64,000 nucleotides of DNA from assembly GCA_963703315.1 (NCBI GenBank), contig OY969811.1, positions 3,840,001 through 3,904,000 of the forward strand. Direction: 5' to 3'. Under the pieces are notes generated by a model, which searched no databases, had not been told where the DNA came from, and worked only from the letters and a program-made list of their open reading frames with translations. The translations under genes and the position numbers were made by a program. This DNA is from an uncultured cyanobacterium (GTDB taxonomy: Bacteria; Cyanobacteriota; Cyanobacteriia; Pseudanabaenales; Pseudanabaenaceae). How positions within the stretch are numbered: position 1 is the stretch's first letter; each line of letters opens with the position of its first letter. Shown here piece after piece: positions 20,110 through 30,162 of the stretch.

Positions 20110-20970
20110 CTATTTCTTCTTACTAAACCAAAGTTCCAAATCCGCAACACTCTCAAAATCCAAAATCGCTTCAGCAAGACTCTCTAAGCGAGGAATATGT
20201 AATCGCGTAATTCGATTATGAAGCTTTGGTGGTAAAGTTCCAAACTTGTGGGTGAGTAACCTCAAAACAACCGTAACTAAACCTTCCTTTCGACCTTCTT
20301 GACGACCTTCTTGACGACCTTCTTGACGACCTTCTTGACGACCTTCTTGCAAGATTTCCTGATATGTGACAGATTCACGCATGAGATCTCTCCTCAAAAT
20401 TTGCTTAATAACATTTTTCTCTAAAACTAAACCAGCCAATACATAAGTTGATGCTCCAATAGTTTGACGTATTTTTTGCTCAGGGATTTTATCAATTTTT
20501 TGAGCAATATCTTTTAATAACTGCTCTTTATTTCCCTCATTTGCCAGTATAGCAAAGGGCAACATACCCGTAAATTCTAAAAATTTAGCAGGAGTCTGCT
20601 CCCATAGTCTGATCACTTCAAATTGATGGTGAGTTGTACCTTCCTCAAATTTGTCTTGAAAAACTGAATCTGAGCTTGTCTCTTTCAGGTAAATTACAAA
20701 CTGCCGTATTTTTTTATCAGGAAAGCGTCTTTTACCACGTACCCAATAGTCCAACATTCTAAAAGGAATTTGGGGATCGGCTTTAGTTTGAAACTCTAAA
20801 TGCAGTAGCAAACCTTCTGATTCTAGTAAAATTAAGCTATCAGCACGAATTGGCTCAACCGCTAACTCTTGAGGTTGTACTTGCGTAAGCAAGATTGGCT
20901 CACCAAGTAGCCATGTGGCAATATCGGTAGAGTAGGTTTCGGCAAGAAATTTGCAGATATTATCAAACAT
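20110..20970 (-). CDS. Rpn family PD-(D/E)XK nuclease / putative transposase with DUF4351 C-terminus
   Basis: IRADSLILL, LHLEFQT, MRESVTYQEI-(EGRQ)n, LESLAEAILDF. Confidence 0.88.
   Translation of the reverse strand: MFDNICKFLAETYSTDIATWLLGEPILLTQVQPQELAVEPIRADSLILLESEGLLLHLEFQTKADPQIPFRMLDYWVRGKRRFPDKKIRQFVIYLKETSSDSVFQDKFEEGTTHHQFEVIRLWEQTPAKFLEFTGMLPFAILANEGNKEQLLKDIAQKIDKIPEQKIRQTIGASTYVLAGLVLEKNVIKQILRRDLMRESVTYQEILQEGRQEGRQEGRQEGRQEGRKEGLVTVVLRLLTHKFGTLPPKLHNRITRLHIPRLESLAEAILDFESVADLELWFSKKK
20279..20349 (-). repeat. 12-bp tandem repeat encoding (EGRQ)4-EGRK
   Basis: CGACCTTCTTGA repeated on the + strand. Confidence 0.85.
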
Positions 20971-21168
20971 TGCCAGATTTTACATCGCAATACAGTATAA
21001 AAACCCAAAAAATGAATGGCGGCGCGAAGCGCCGCCATTCATTTTTTGGGTTTAAGTTCCTATAAATAAAAATTCTTACGACAAATAGCTTAGATATTTA
21101 CTGGAACCGTGCGATCGCCTCCCCCGTCAAAATTGGCATACAGGAATTATGCAGACAGAGAGAAGATC

Positions 21169-22194
21169 ATGAAAGTTAGAGCGATCGCCTTGAGCCTAGT
21201 ATCAGCAATATTAGTAGGCATACCTAGCTTTAGTAAAGTCGCTGCCGTAGCCGCCGCACCTAGAGATTTTGAAGCCGAAGAAAAAATTACGATGGAAGTT
21301 TATCGTTCGGCAAATCCTGCGGTAGTAACCATTAAAACCACAACTAGCACTGGCTCAGGCAGCATCATTAACCCTGAAGGCTTAGTAATTACTAACGAAC
21401 ACGTAATTCGTGATGCCAAAAATGGCAGCGTTAGAGTGATCAATCATGAAGGTAAAACCTATAACGGACAGGTGCTGACGATTGATCGCAAAAATGATTT
21501 AGCTTTAGTCCGCATCCTCTCTAGCGATCGCTTCCCCTCACTACCATTTGCCGATCGCGAAAATATTCTGGTTGGACAAAAAGTATTTGCGATCGGTAGT
21601 CCCTTTGGGCTATCAGGCACACTTACCACAGGCATTCTCAGCCGCGTTGCCAATGATAGCGATCTCCAAACCGATGCCAGACTTAATCCTGGTAATTCTG
21701 GTGGACCTTTGCTCAACTCTCGTGGTGAAATCATTGGTGTAAACAAGGCGATTCTCAGTGCTGATGGTCGTTCCAATTCAGGTATTGGCTTTGCTACGAG
21801 CGCAATCAACGCTAAGGAATTTATCACTCGCAGTGCTGCCATCATTCAACCAAGTGCGGCTTCTCAAACTACCAGAGTTTCTAATTCCCAGAATTCTATT
21901 GTCTCATCAGCTACACGTCCCAAGACGGCGATCGCTCCATCTATCTCCACTTCATCAGAACGTCCACAATTGGGGGTAATCCTCAATCCTGCTAGTCTCA
22001 CCGTATATGAAGTACGTCCTAACTCCCTTGCGAGTCGGATGGGTTTACAAAGAGGCGATCGCCTTGTGGGTTTAAATGGAACTGCGATTAGTGATCCTAA
22101 GCAGATTGTCGATTATCTTGCTCAACGTCCAGCGACTGCTGTTTTGACCGTTGCTAGAAATAGAGGCATTACTAACTATCAAATCAAGTTTTAG
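21169..22194 (+). CDS. HtrA/DegP-like trypsin serine protease with PDZ domain
   Basis: ITNEHV (His), DLAL (Asp), NPGNSGGPL (Ser), C-terminal PDZ. Confidence 0.92.
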   Translation: MKVRAIALSLVSAILVGIPSFSKVAAVAAAPRDFEAEEKITMEVYRSANPAVVTIKTTTSTGSGSIINPEGLVITNEHVIRDAKNGSVRVINHEGKTYNGQVLTIDRKNDLALVRILSSDRFPSLPFADRENILVGQKVFAIGSPFGLSGTLTTGILSRVANDSDLQTDARLNPGNSGGPLLNSRGEIIGVNKAILSADGRSNSGIGFATSAINAKEFITRSAAIIQPSAASQTTRVSNSQNSIVSSATRPKTAIAPSISTSSERPQLGVILNPASLTVYEVRPNSLASRMGLQRGDRLVGLNGTAISDPKQIVDYLAQRPATAVLTVARNRGITNYQIKF

Positions 22195-22238
22195 ATGCTA
22201 ATGAGTCACCTCGCTTTGTGAGGTGACTCATTATTACT

Positions 22239-23240
22239 TTAAGGAATTTCAATCTCTCGCAAAAACTTAGCACTATCTTCAGGAATTGCCGTATTAATAT
22301 ACATACCACTACCTAGCTCAAAACCTGCTGCTTTTGAGACTCTAGGCACGATCGCTAGATACCAATGGAAGTAATCAGATTGTCGCTCATCAGTTGGCAT
22401 AGAACGGATCGTATAGTTATAAGCAGGATTGTTTAAACCATAGAAAATCTTGGCGAGAACAGTTTTGAGATTGTAGGCAAGATCGGCGATCTCTAAGTCA
22501 TTGACATCGCCATAACAGGAACTATGACGACGGGGAAATACCCATATATGGAAGGGAGAAAGGGCGGCATAGGGCATAAAAGCTACAAAATGTTCTGTTT
22601 CTAGAACAATTCGTTCTTTGGCATTCACCTCATCTCTAAGAGTATGGCAAAATAAACATTCGCCAGTATCATCAAAATAATTGGTTGCTTCAATCAAACG
22701 ATAGCGAATTTGGGAAGGAACAACGGGAGTAGCTGTGATTTGTGAATGGGGATGTTCTAGGGATGTGCCTGCACTCTCACCATGATTTTTAAAGATAATA
22801 ATGCTTTCAATCCGTTTGTCTTGACTAATAATGTTATAACGCTGGCGATAGGCGGTGAGAATGTTGATTACGTCCTCCACATCCATCAAGGCGATCGTGG
22901 CATTATGATCGGGATGTTCAATCAGAACTTCGTGATATCCTACGCCTGTAATGGATCGGTGAATCCCTTCACTATGGCGAATGCGATCGCCAATAGGTTC
23001 AAGAGCAGGATATTTATTCGGAATGATTCTCACCCGCCAACCGCGATCATCTTCGATTCGCATATATTCAGGTTCGGCAGGATTTTCATTACCTTTACAA
23101 AATGGACAATTATGCTTATAAATCGGTAGTTTGGGTGGAGTTTCTTCTTGAGGTCGAATAAATTCGTGAGGACGTTTGGCTCTTTCAGTGGCAAAGATCA
23201 CCCAATCCTTAGTAATCATGTTTTGGCGTAAATGTGACAT
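22239..23240 (-). CDS. galT: galactose-1-phosphate uridylyltransferase
   Basis: CPFCKGNE, GTSLEHPHSQ (HxHxQ). Confidence 0.92.
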   Translation of the reverse strand: MSHLRQNMITKDWVIFATERAKRPHEFIRPQEETPPKLPIYKHNCPFCKGNENPAEPEYMRIEDDRGWRVRIIPNKYPALEPIGDRIRHSEGIHRSITGVGYHEVLIEHPDHNATIALMDVEDVINILTAYRQRYNIISQDKRIESIIIFKNHGESAGTSLEHPHSQITATPVVPSQIRYRLIEATNYFDDTGECLFCHTLRDEVNAKERIVLETEHFVAFMPYAALSPFHIWVFPRRHSSCYGDVNDLEIADLAYNLKTVLAKIFYGLNNPAYNYTIRSMPTDERQSDYFHWYLAIVPRVSKAAGFELGSGMYINTAIPEDSAKFLREIEIP

Positions 23241-23254
23241 AGTAATTCACCAAA

Positions 23255-24793
23255 TTATGCAGAAAAAACGATAAATCGATTACGCCCTTGCTGCTTGGCA
23301 CTATAAAGAGCCGTATCTGCTTGCCTAATTAGTATTGCGGGGTCTTGCATCGAATTGGGAATTAAACTAGTAACTCCGAGACTAATCGTAACTATATCGC
23401 TGATATCCGAATTTTGGTGAGCAATGTCTAAGTTGGCGATCGCAAAGCGGATCTTTTGGGCAACAGCGATCGCGCCTTCTAGATTGGTATTAGGCAAAAT
23501 CACGACAAATTCTTCGCCTCCATAGCGTGCAACTAGATCGGCTGGGCGAGATAAAGCTCGTTTAACAGATTGGGCAAGCCTAGTTAAGCAGTCATCTCCC
23601 ATTTGATGTCCATAGCAATCGTTATAGCGTTTGAAATAATCAATATCAAACAATATCAAAGAGATTGGTTGTGACTCTCGGCTCAGTCTTTCCCATTCCA
23701 TTTTCAGGCGATCGTCAAAACATCGACGGTTACCAACTTGAGTCAATCCATCAATATTCACCAACTTTTCTAATTCTAAATTTGCTTGTTTGAGAAGATT
23801 TTCACTGCGTTGTAATTCTGTAGTTCTCTCAATTACTTGCAATTCGAGGTTTTCCATTGCTTGTTTGAGAGATAACTGGGCTGCATTTTTCTCATCAATT
23901 ACTGCCGAAAGAATTAACGATGTTAAAGCTAGCACCGCCATAAAAGATTGCAATAGTAACAAAGATGCGTTAGGTTCATTGGGAATATAGAGTCCATGAT
24001 TTCTAGCTGTCGCTAAAATCGCAATTAGGGAAACGATACTCACTAATAAGCTCGCAAAAAAACTACCATATTGAAACACTGTCCAAATCAGAATTGGCAG
24101 AAATAGATAAGCTAAGGGATAGTTACTGACAAAAGCAATCCAGCTAACACCTAAAAATATACTCAGTCCTAATCCTATTTCCCAATACTTATCTTGGATG
24201 GTTTTGTGATTGTATGTGTTAGCGCAGTTTTGCCATAACAGTAATGTCGGGGTAAAAATTAAATGTGGCAGCGCACTACCTAGCCACCAAGTCATCCAAC
24301 TAATTCCATAACTCGTCCATGGGATGACTCTAGTTATACAGAGGCTCGTAATTCCAAACGATGCGGATACAGTCGGTGCAAAAACTGCTGCCAGAATATA
24401 CAAAACGACTGTATTCACATGACTAAAAATATCTTTATGGCGTGCGAATTTCTTAATTATATATGTGGCAATCAATGGCTGGAGAACATTTCCACAAGCA
24501 CAGGCTATCAAGATTATTAAGAGATTGAAAACCGATAATGATGGAAGTGATTTTAATAAACCGAGAGTAAGTGCATAGGTGGAGCCACAAATAATGCCTA
24601 AAATGACCCGATCGCCTAATAAATAGACTAGAGCTAGAGTCATTCCAGAAGGAAACCAGACTGAAGCAACTGTAGCAGGTAATGTGGCAAATTCATGGCT
24701 AAGCCTTACCCCATAAGCATAGGCAATGGCTACTAACAGATTCAGAATAAGAAATTGTACAATTCCCCTCTGCAATAGCCAATCGCCTTTCAT
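23255..24793 (-). CDS. MASE1-domain diguanylate cyclase
   Basis: N-terminal MASE1; DGLTQVGNRR, RPAD I-site, RYGGEEF. Confidence 0.92.
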   Translation of the reverse strand: MKGDWLLQRGIVQFLILNLLVAIAYAYGVRLSHEFATLPATVASVWFPSGMTLALVYLLGDRVILGIICGSTYALTLGLLKSLPSLSVFNLLIILIACACGNVLQPLIATYIIKKFARHKDIFSHVNTVVLYILAAVFAPTVSASFGITSLCITRVIPWTSYGISWMTWWLGSALPHLIFTPTLLLWQNCANTYNHKTIQDKYWEIGLGLSIFLGVSWIAFVSNYPLAYLFLPILIWTVFQYGSFFASLLVSIVSLIAILATARNHGLYIPNEPNASLLLLQSFMAVLALTSLILSAVIDEKNAAQLSLKQAMENLELQVIERTTELQRSENLLKQANLELEKLVNIDGLTQVGNRRCFDDRLKMEWERLSRESQPISLILFDIDYFKRYNDCYGHQMGDDCLTRLAQSVKRALSRPADLVARYGGEEFVVILPNTNLEGAIAVAQKIRFAIANLDIAHQNSDISDIVTISLGVTSLIPNSMQDPAILIRQADTALYSAKQQGRNRFIVFSA

Positions 24794-24835
24794 GTAATAC
24801 CCAATGAAATTATCAGACTTTTCTTATTTTACTGT

Positions 24836-25690
24836 CTATACAACTTCTTTGAGCATCCAAAATCCTGAAAAATGTTCTACATCTGGGCTAGTCTGTACAG
24901 CTAAAAAATGGAAGCCTTTAGCTTTTATTTTGGCTTGCTCAAATTCATCTCCTTGAGCGATCGCCTGTTTGTCTTTGGGTGCTTGGAGATTAGCTAGTAC
25001 CCATCGCGCATCGGCACTGGCTTCTAACTGCATTTGGCAGCGATCGCCTAGTAAATTACGCTCAAATTTGATAAACACAGGATCAACTCCCGACATCCAA
25101 GCTGCTAACGCCGTTGCTCTTGCCGAAATAATAATGATCCCCGCGATGATCGTTTCAGGATCAAGATCACCAATATCTAGTAACTCACTAAAGTCCATTG
25201 ACCATTCATTCGCATCTGCAAAGTCTCTTACTTTTAAAGATACCGAAATCCAGCGCTCACCCATGAGGGCATCAGGAACAGGTTTAGGATCTTGGGCAGC
25301 TAATACTTTTAAGGGCAGAGGATTGGGATCAACTGCTTGAAAGCCTTCCCGATTGGGATAAATGCTTGCCATGCGTTCTGCGAGCCATGCTGATAGCGTA
25401 AATACACGCCGAGATGCTTGCCCTGTGATACCCGCCAAAGTACAACCCCGAATAATAATATTGGTCATACTAGGACGGAAAAAACGAATCTTGATGGGAG
25501 TTTGCCCTGTGGTTGCGACGCAATCAGCGAGTTGTTTGGCTAACCATTCGGAGTTGACTTCTGTGGATGGACATTCACGTACCCATTCAAACTGGCGATC
25601 TCGATCGCAGATCAGCAATTCCCAGATTTTTTTATTATTGGCATCCAGTAAGGGACGGGAATAAAAATCTAACTCCCAAATATTCGACAT
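24836..25690 (-). CDS. Tab2/Atab2 family RNA-binding protein (DUF1092)
   Basis: IWELDFYSRP...KKIWELLIC, GFHFLAVQ...GFWML. Confidence 0.9.
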   Translation of the reverse strand: MSNIWELDFYSRPLLDANNKKIWELLICDRDRQFEWVRECPSTEVNSEWLAKQLADCVATTGQTPIKIRFFRPSMTNIIIRGCTLAGITGQASRRVFTLSAWLAERMASIYPNREGFQAVDPNPLPLKVLAAQDPKPVPDALMGERWISVSLKVRDFADANEWSMDFSELLDIGDLDPETIIAGIIIISARATALAAWMSGVDPVFIKFERNLLGDRCQMQLEASADARWVLANLQAPKDKQAIAQGDEFEQAKIKAKGFHFLAVQTSPDVEHFSGFWMLKEVV

Positions 25691-25796
25691 AAACGGCTTT
25701 TAGTTAACTTATTTAAATTGGCTGTTTTCATGTTATCGCGATCGCTACCTCTACAGTTTTTTAGGTGTGGGATTTTGGCTAGGCGATCGCTATCCG

Positions 25797-25907
25797 CTAA
25801 AATATATCTGTGATCTCACCATCAGTCCCTTGTCGGGCAATTCCACCACAGTGAAGCTGAATGTCTTAATTTAAGGTAACGGCATCAAACATTTGAAACT
25901 TACTCAT
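25797..25907 (-). pseudogene. DUF4926-like remnant
   Basis: GGAGG SD, then MSKFQMFDAVTLN*DIQLHCGGIARQGTDGEITDIF* with an internal stop. Confidence 0.4.
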
Positions 25908-25940
25908 GTTTTTGCCTCCTGCTACGTTGTGGTACTGCTG

Positions 25941-26147
25941 TTACAAATCTTTTTCCGTTAACTCTGCATCTTTCATAATGCTTCTCAATGTTCCAGTTGG
26001 TAGATCGCGATTTCCATGAACTGGGATAGAGAGAATTACATCACTGCTTTGTTTAATGTATATGTGATGACTACCTGTAACTCTTTTCAATTCCCAGCCT
26101 TTACGCTCAACTATTTTGCAAAGAGTTTTACCCGAAACTGATTTCAT
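25941..26147 (-). CDS. hicA: HicA family mRNA interferase toxin
   Basis: GWELKRVTGSHHIY, IPVHGNRDLPTGTLRSI. Confidence 0.92.
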   Translation of the reverse strand: MKSVSGKTLCKIVERKGWELKRVTGSHHIYIKQSSDVILSIPVHGNRDLPTGTLRSIMKDAELTEKDL

Positions 26148-26344
26148 AGGGATAGTTCAACCAGTTGTTTATCTGCTTCTATGTCTTGGATTTCATTGGC
26201 AACTTCTAGCCATGCTAAGGCGGCTTCTTGTAACATTTCTAGTAGATGTTCGTAGCTATCTCCCCAAGTATGGCAGCCTTTTAATGCTGGGATAGAACCA
26301 CACCAAGCGCCATCTTCTTGCCAAATAATTGCTTTAATTTGCAT
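26144..26344 (-). CDS. hicB: HicB family antitoxin
   Basis: IPALKGCHTWGDSYE; ATGA overlap with hicA. Confidence 0.9.
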   Translation of the reverse strand: MQIKAIIWQEDGAWCGSIPALKGCHTWGDSYEHLLEMLQEAALAWLEVANEIQDIEADKQLVELSL

Positions 26345-26452
26345 AAATATATTTTTACCAATTTATATTGATTTGATTGTTTGATTCATCTTATCTTAAA
26401 CCTATTCCCACTTAACTATTTGAGGAATGATGCAAGATCGTCGAGTGGATTT

Positions 26453-26701
26453 TTACTGTCGATTATTGACATTTAAGATAGTCAGACCAATAATTTCATC
26501 ATTTTGATAGCGGATTAAAATATCGTCATCTGTCAATTCGCTATCATCAGCAGCAAGTGCGGGTTGATGAAAATTGATGTATAACACATCGGCTTCGACA
26601 TCATAAAAAGTCCAAGTATTTTTCTTGGGTAGGTTTTTGATTGCATTAGCTAAGTTGAGATAGCTAGGAATTTTGAGAGGGTTTAAGGGGAGCGTGACCA
26701 T
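26453..26701 (-). CDS. DUF2283 domain protein (putative antitoxin)
   Basis: YDVEADVLYINF...IIGLTILN. Confidence 0.85.
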   Translation of the reverse strand: MVTLPLNPLKIPSYLNLANAIKNLPKKNTWTFYDVEADVLYINFHQPALAADDSELTDDDILIRYQNDEIIGLTILNVNNRQ

Positions 26702-26865
26702 ACTTCTTTACGTTTGTTGAGAGAATTGATACGTCTAGTTAGTAGGCAGTGATGAAAAACCCATCTTCTTCTGCTTCTTTGTAAATTGTAACCAAATACT
26801 TATTATCACCTAGCAGCTTGACTGCTAAAAGATTGCCATTATTACCTTCCAAAATTACAGATAGT
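26690..26865 (-). pseudogene. decayed toxin-like partner of DUF2283
   Basis: ILEGNNGNLLAV..KYLVTIYKE..DGFFITAY, then a frameshift into TRRINSLNKRK; no credible 5' half. Confidence 0.5.
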
Positions 26866-26975
26866 TGGAGATCGCGTAGTCCAGTGATTTTGCCAATAAC
26901 TAGAAAAAATAGCCTAGTATTCAAAGTTTTTTTGTTATAGTGAGACAATTCAAGGCTTTAGCTAAACTTAAATAT

Positions 26976-27194
26976 ATGCTTACAACCTTTACTGCAAATT
27001 ATACAAAGATTGACTCAGGTTACATGGGGCAACTCATTGAATGGCAAGAGGTAATAACTGAGGGTGAAACTCTGGAACTTTGTCGTGAATCTTTGCAAGA
27101 TGCTTTACAGGAAATGATTGCTGCATATAAGCAACAAAACAAGGAGATTCCTTCTAATAAATCTTTAATCGAGCAGATTCCCGTGGAAGTTTAG
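26976..27194 (+). CDS. hicB: HicB family antitoxin
   Basis: EWQEVITEGETLELCRESLQDAL. Confidence 0.88.
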   Translation: MLTTFTANYTKIDSGYMGQLIEWQEVITEGETLELCRESLQDALQEMIAAYKQQNKEIPSNKSLIEQIPVEV

Positions 27195-27196
27195 TT

Positions 27197-27385
27197 ATGT
27201 CAGTTAAACGTAGTGATCTGGTGAAATATTTTGAAGAAAATGGATTTTACCTGCTTAGAGAAGGTGGGAATCATTCAATTTACACTAACAATACCAAAAC
27301 AATTCCGATTAAAAGACATCGGACAATTGATCGGATTACAGCAAATGCGATATGTAAGCAAGCAGGGATAGCACCGAAGTTTTAG
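27197..27385 (+). CDS. hicA: HicA family toxin
   Basis: GFYLLREGGNHSIY..IPIKRH. Confidence 0.9.
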   Translation: MSVKRSDLVKYFEENGFYLLREGGNHSIYTNNTKTIPIKRHRTIDRITANAICKQAGIAPKF

Positions 27386-27392
27386 TGAATGC

Positions 27393-27573
27393 GTAGGGGC
27401 ATAGCATTCCCACAGAGATTTAGGCGTTTACAGATTGCCTTGATTTGGGAATGCTATGCCCTCAACCTGTAATCGTAGGGACAATTTATCGGTGAAAGTG
27501 GAGAGGGTTTAGCATTTGCGGATCGAGATTGTGGTTATGAGTTTAGAAATTGTGGCGCAAATGTTAAACCTCT
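27393..27573. repeat. REP/REPIN-like long hairpins (GTAGGG family)
   Basis: GTAGGGGCATAGCATTCCC...GGGAATGCTATGCCCT; 27503-27573 is the reverse complement of the first half of the 47074/49148 repeat. Confidence 0.7.
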
Positions 27574-28980
27574 TTCGCTAAAGTTTTGAATAGTAGTCTC
27601 GAATTTTGTATGACATCAATTTTCGACGCGCTTCCAAAAATTCTGCGTAGTCTTCGATGTTTTTAACCTCCATTCCATCGGGCAGACAATGATCTGCAAG
27701 GTTCTTATTTAACTCACTATAATTCACGATGCCCCCATAAAAGGCTTGCTGAGTCTTACATTGCTCTTGTAGAGTTTTAAAATATTGATCTGGCGAACGG
27801 TCTTTAATTGCAATGTTAATTTCACTCTGCATCATGACGTAATTGGCAATCTGGTTATATTGACCTTTTTCTAAGTTGTTCCGCTTGAGATAGTTTTTTG
27901 GAAATATATGGTGAATGTCTCCTCTATTCATTATCAAATCTCTCACAGTAATATCTTTAGAAAGAAATCCCTTGTTGTTGCCATGAATTTGAGAGGCAAG
28001 AAACACTTTAAAATATGGGCTGCTGGCGACAGAAGTATCCATTTGTTGAGGAAGCCCAGCATCCCAGAATGCTTGAGATAATTCAGCAGCTTCTATCTCA
28101 GATTGATAGCGACTCATTCCCAATTCATCAATTCGTCTAATATCAGTATCAAATGTTGATTCAGGTGAGCCAGAATATCTACCTGTGAGGACAGACATGA
28201 CTAGCCACTTACGCACATGGGATTCAATCTTAGCAGGAGGTGTACTTTTTGATTTGAGAACTAAGTAAATTACATAGGCAAAGTTGATGGCATTGCGAGA
28301 ACGAATCATTGAAGGTTCAACAAATCCAGCAGATTTCAAAATCATAATGAACTTCTTGAAATTAGTCTCATTCATGAATTTGAGAATACCTTCGTCTAAT
28401 TTTCTGAAAGACTCCTCAGCGATCTCATCTTCATAGGTTCGAGTTTCAAAATTTCTGCCTGAAAGCAAAGCAACAAGATCTTGCAATCGCCCACGTTTAA
28501 ACTCTGAAGTAAAAGCGACCCTAAGCATATCTGAGTAAGACGGATCGTATAAATCATCGTTCTCATCCTTTAGCCAAGACATCTTTTGAAAATATGCGGT
28601 TGCGCCAAATTCTTGATCAAGGTCAGCCAACTGTTGATAAAACTGAGGAGCTTTAGCCAAATGGCAAAAATAATCAATACATTTGCGAAGCTTATTGCCA
28701 CCATAAGTTTCGTTAGCGGCAATTTTTGACATAACGAAATCTGCTTGATTGAGAACAGCTCCCTGCGAATTGATGCGAATAAAAATTTCTGTAACTACCT
28801 CAATATCTAGATCTGAGTTAAGTTCAATAAGCCCAATATGGTTATTAACTACTCCTCGTAACAGTTCCAGACTATTGTAGATAGCGTCTTGGTCTGTATT
28901 TTCATTGCGATCGCAGTATTCCCCTTGTATCTAGGAGGAAAAGTAAAGGATAAAATCTTTACTACAATCCGAAAAAGCAA

Positions 28981-29140
28981 AAGCAGAGATAAACTCGATC
29001 TGCCCCTAGGGACACCAAGCCCGTTTTGTAGATAGAGTCGTCTCTGCTTAAACAGTGGAAACAAGTAAAGACTGGACAGTATCAGAGGTCGCCCAACGGG
29101 TAAACCTGCATTCACAAGGATAGTTCAATACCACTGATTG
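28981..29140 (+). ncRNA. IS110 bridge RNA (target-binding and donor-binding loops; true 5'/3' ends unknown)
   Basis: Stem AAGCAGAGA/TCTCTGCTT encloses LTG TCTGCCCCT (28999-29007) and RTG TTTGTAG (29025-31); stem CAGTGG/CCACTG encloses LDG ACAGTATC (29076-83) and RDG ACAAG (29114-18). Confidence 0.85.
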
Positions 29141-29175
29141 CTTGATGGACAAATCTAGCAAGAGGACTGCCCCCA

Positions 29176-30162
29176 ATGAACAATAACAATGAAGTATATG
29201 ATGTTTTAGGAATAGATATCAGCAAAGCCAAATTTGATGTTGCTCTAATCCAAGGCAACGCCAAAATCAAGAGCAAAGTATTTGCCAACAATCCTGAAGG
29301 ATTTGCTGAATTACAAGAATGGCTAAACCTTCAAAATGTGACAAACTTGCATAGTTGTATGGAAGCTACCAGCACTTACGGCAATGGGTTAGCTAGATTC
29401 TTAGTAGAGGCAGGATACAAAGTAAGTATTGTTAATCCATCCCGTCCCAAAGCCTTTGGCAAGAGTGAGTTAAGTCGTACAAAGACTGACCGTGCTGATG
29501 CTAAAGTCATTGCTAGATTTTGTGCAGCCTTAAAACCTGCTCTTTGGACACCACCAGCATTAGAAATTGAGCAACTACAAGCATTGGTGCATCGTTTAGA
29601 TAGCTTAACTGCTATGCAGCAGCAAGAGCAGAATCGTCTTGCTACGGCTGATCCAATTTTGGTTGAGGCAATTAATGCTCACATTGATTTTCTCAAAGAG
29701 CAAATTGAGATGACCAAAAAATTGATCCGTCAGCACTTTGATCAACACCCTCATTTGAAATCTCAACGGGATTTGTTGACTTCTATTCCTGGTATTGCTG
29801 AACTGACCGCAACTATATTACTGGCGGAAATTCGGGATATTTCTGCCTTTGATACTGCTGATCAACTGGCAGCTTTTGCGGGTTTAACTCCCCGTGAGTT
29901 CTCATCTGGTTCTTCGATTCATGGTAAGCCACGTTTATCTAAAATTGGTAATTCGCGTTTGCGTAAAGCTTTGTTTATGCCTGCGATTGTTGCCCGTCGT
30001 TATAATTTGCCGATTGCTGCTTTCTGCGCTCGCCTTACGGCTAAGGGTAAGTCCAAAATGTCTGTCATTGGGGCTGTCATGCACAAGCTGTTACGACAGG
30101 TCTTTGGCGTTCTCAAGTCTCAGCGTTCTTTCGACCCAAATTTTGTTCAAATTCCCTCTTGA
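29176..30162 (+). CDS. IS110 family DEDD recombinase/transposase
   Basis: GIDISK, CMEATS, KTDRADA (DEDD); AFAGLTP..SSGSS catalytic-Ser loop; [10 protein letters not shown]. Confidence 0.96.
   Translation: MNNNNEVYDVLGIDISKAKFDVALIQGNAKIKSKVFANNPEGFAELQEWLNLQNVTNLHSCMEATSTYGNGLARFLVEAGYKVSIVNPSRPKAFGKSELSRTKTDRADAKVIARFCAALKPALWTPPALEIEQLQALVHRLDSLTAMQQQEQNRLATADPILVEAINAHIDFLKEQIEMTKKLIRQHFDQHPHLKSQRDLLTSIPGIAELTATILLAEIRDISAFDTADQLAAFAGLTPREFSSGSSIHGKPRLSKIGNSRLRKALFMPAIVARRYNLPIAAFCARLTAKGKSKMSVIGAVMHKLLRQVFGVLKSQRSFDPNFVQIPS

Noticed and set aside
20279..20349. Short tandem repeat resembling a CRISPR array
   Set aside because: 12-bp units with no spacers, in frame, encoding EGRQ in the Rpn protein.
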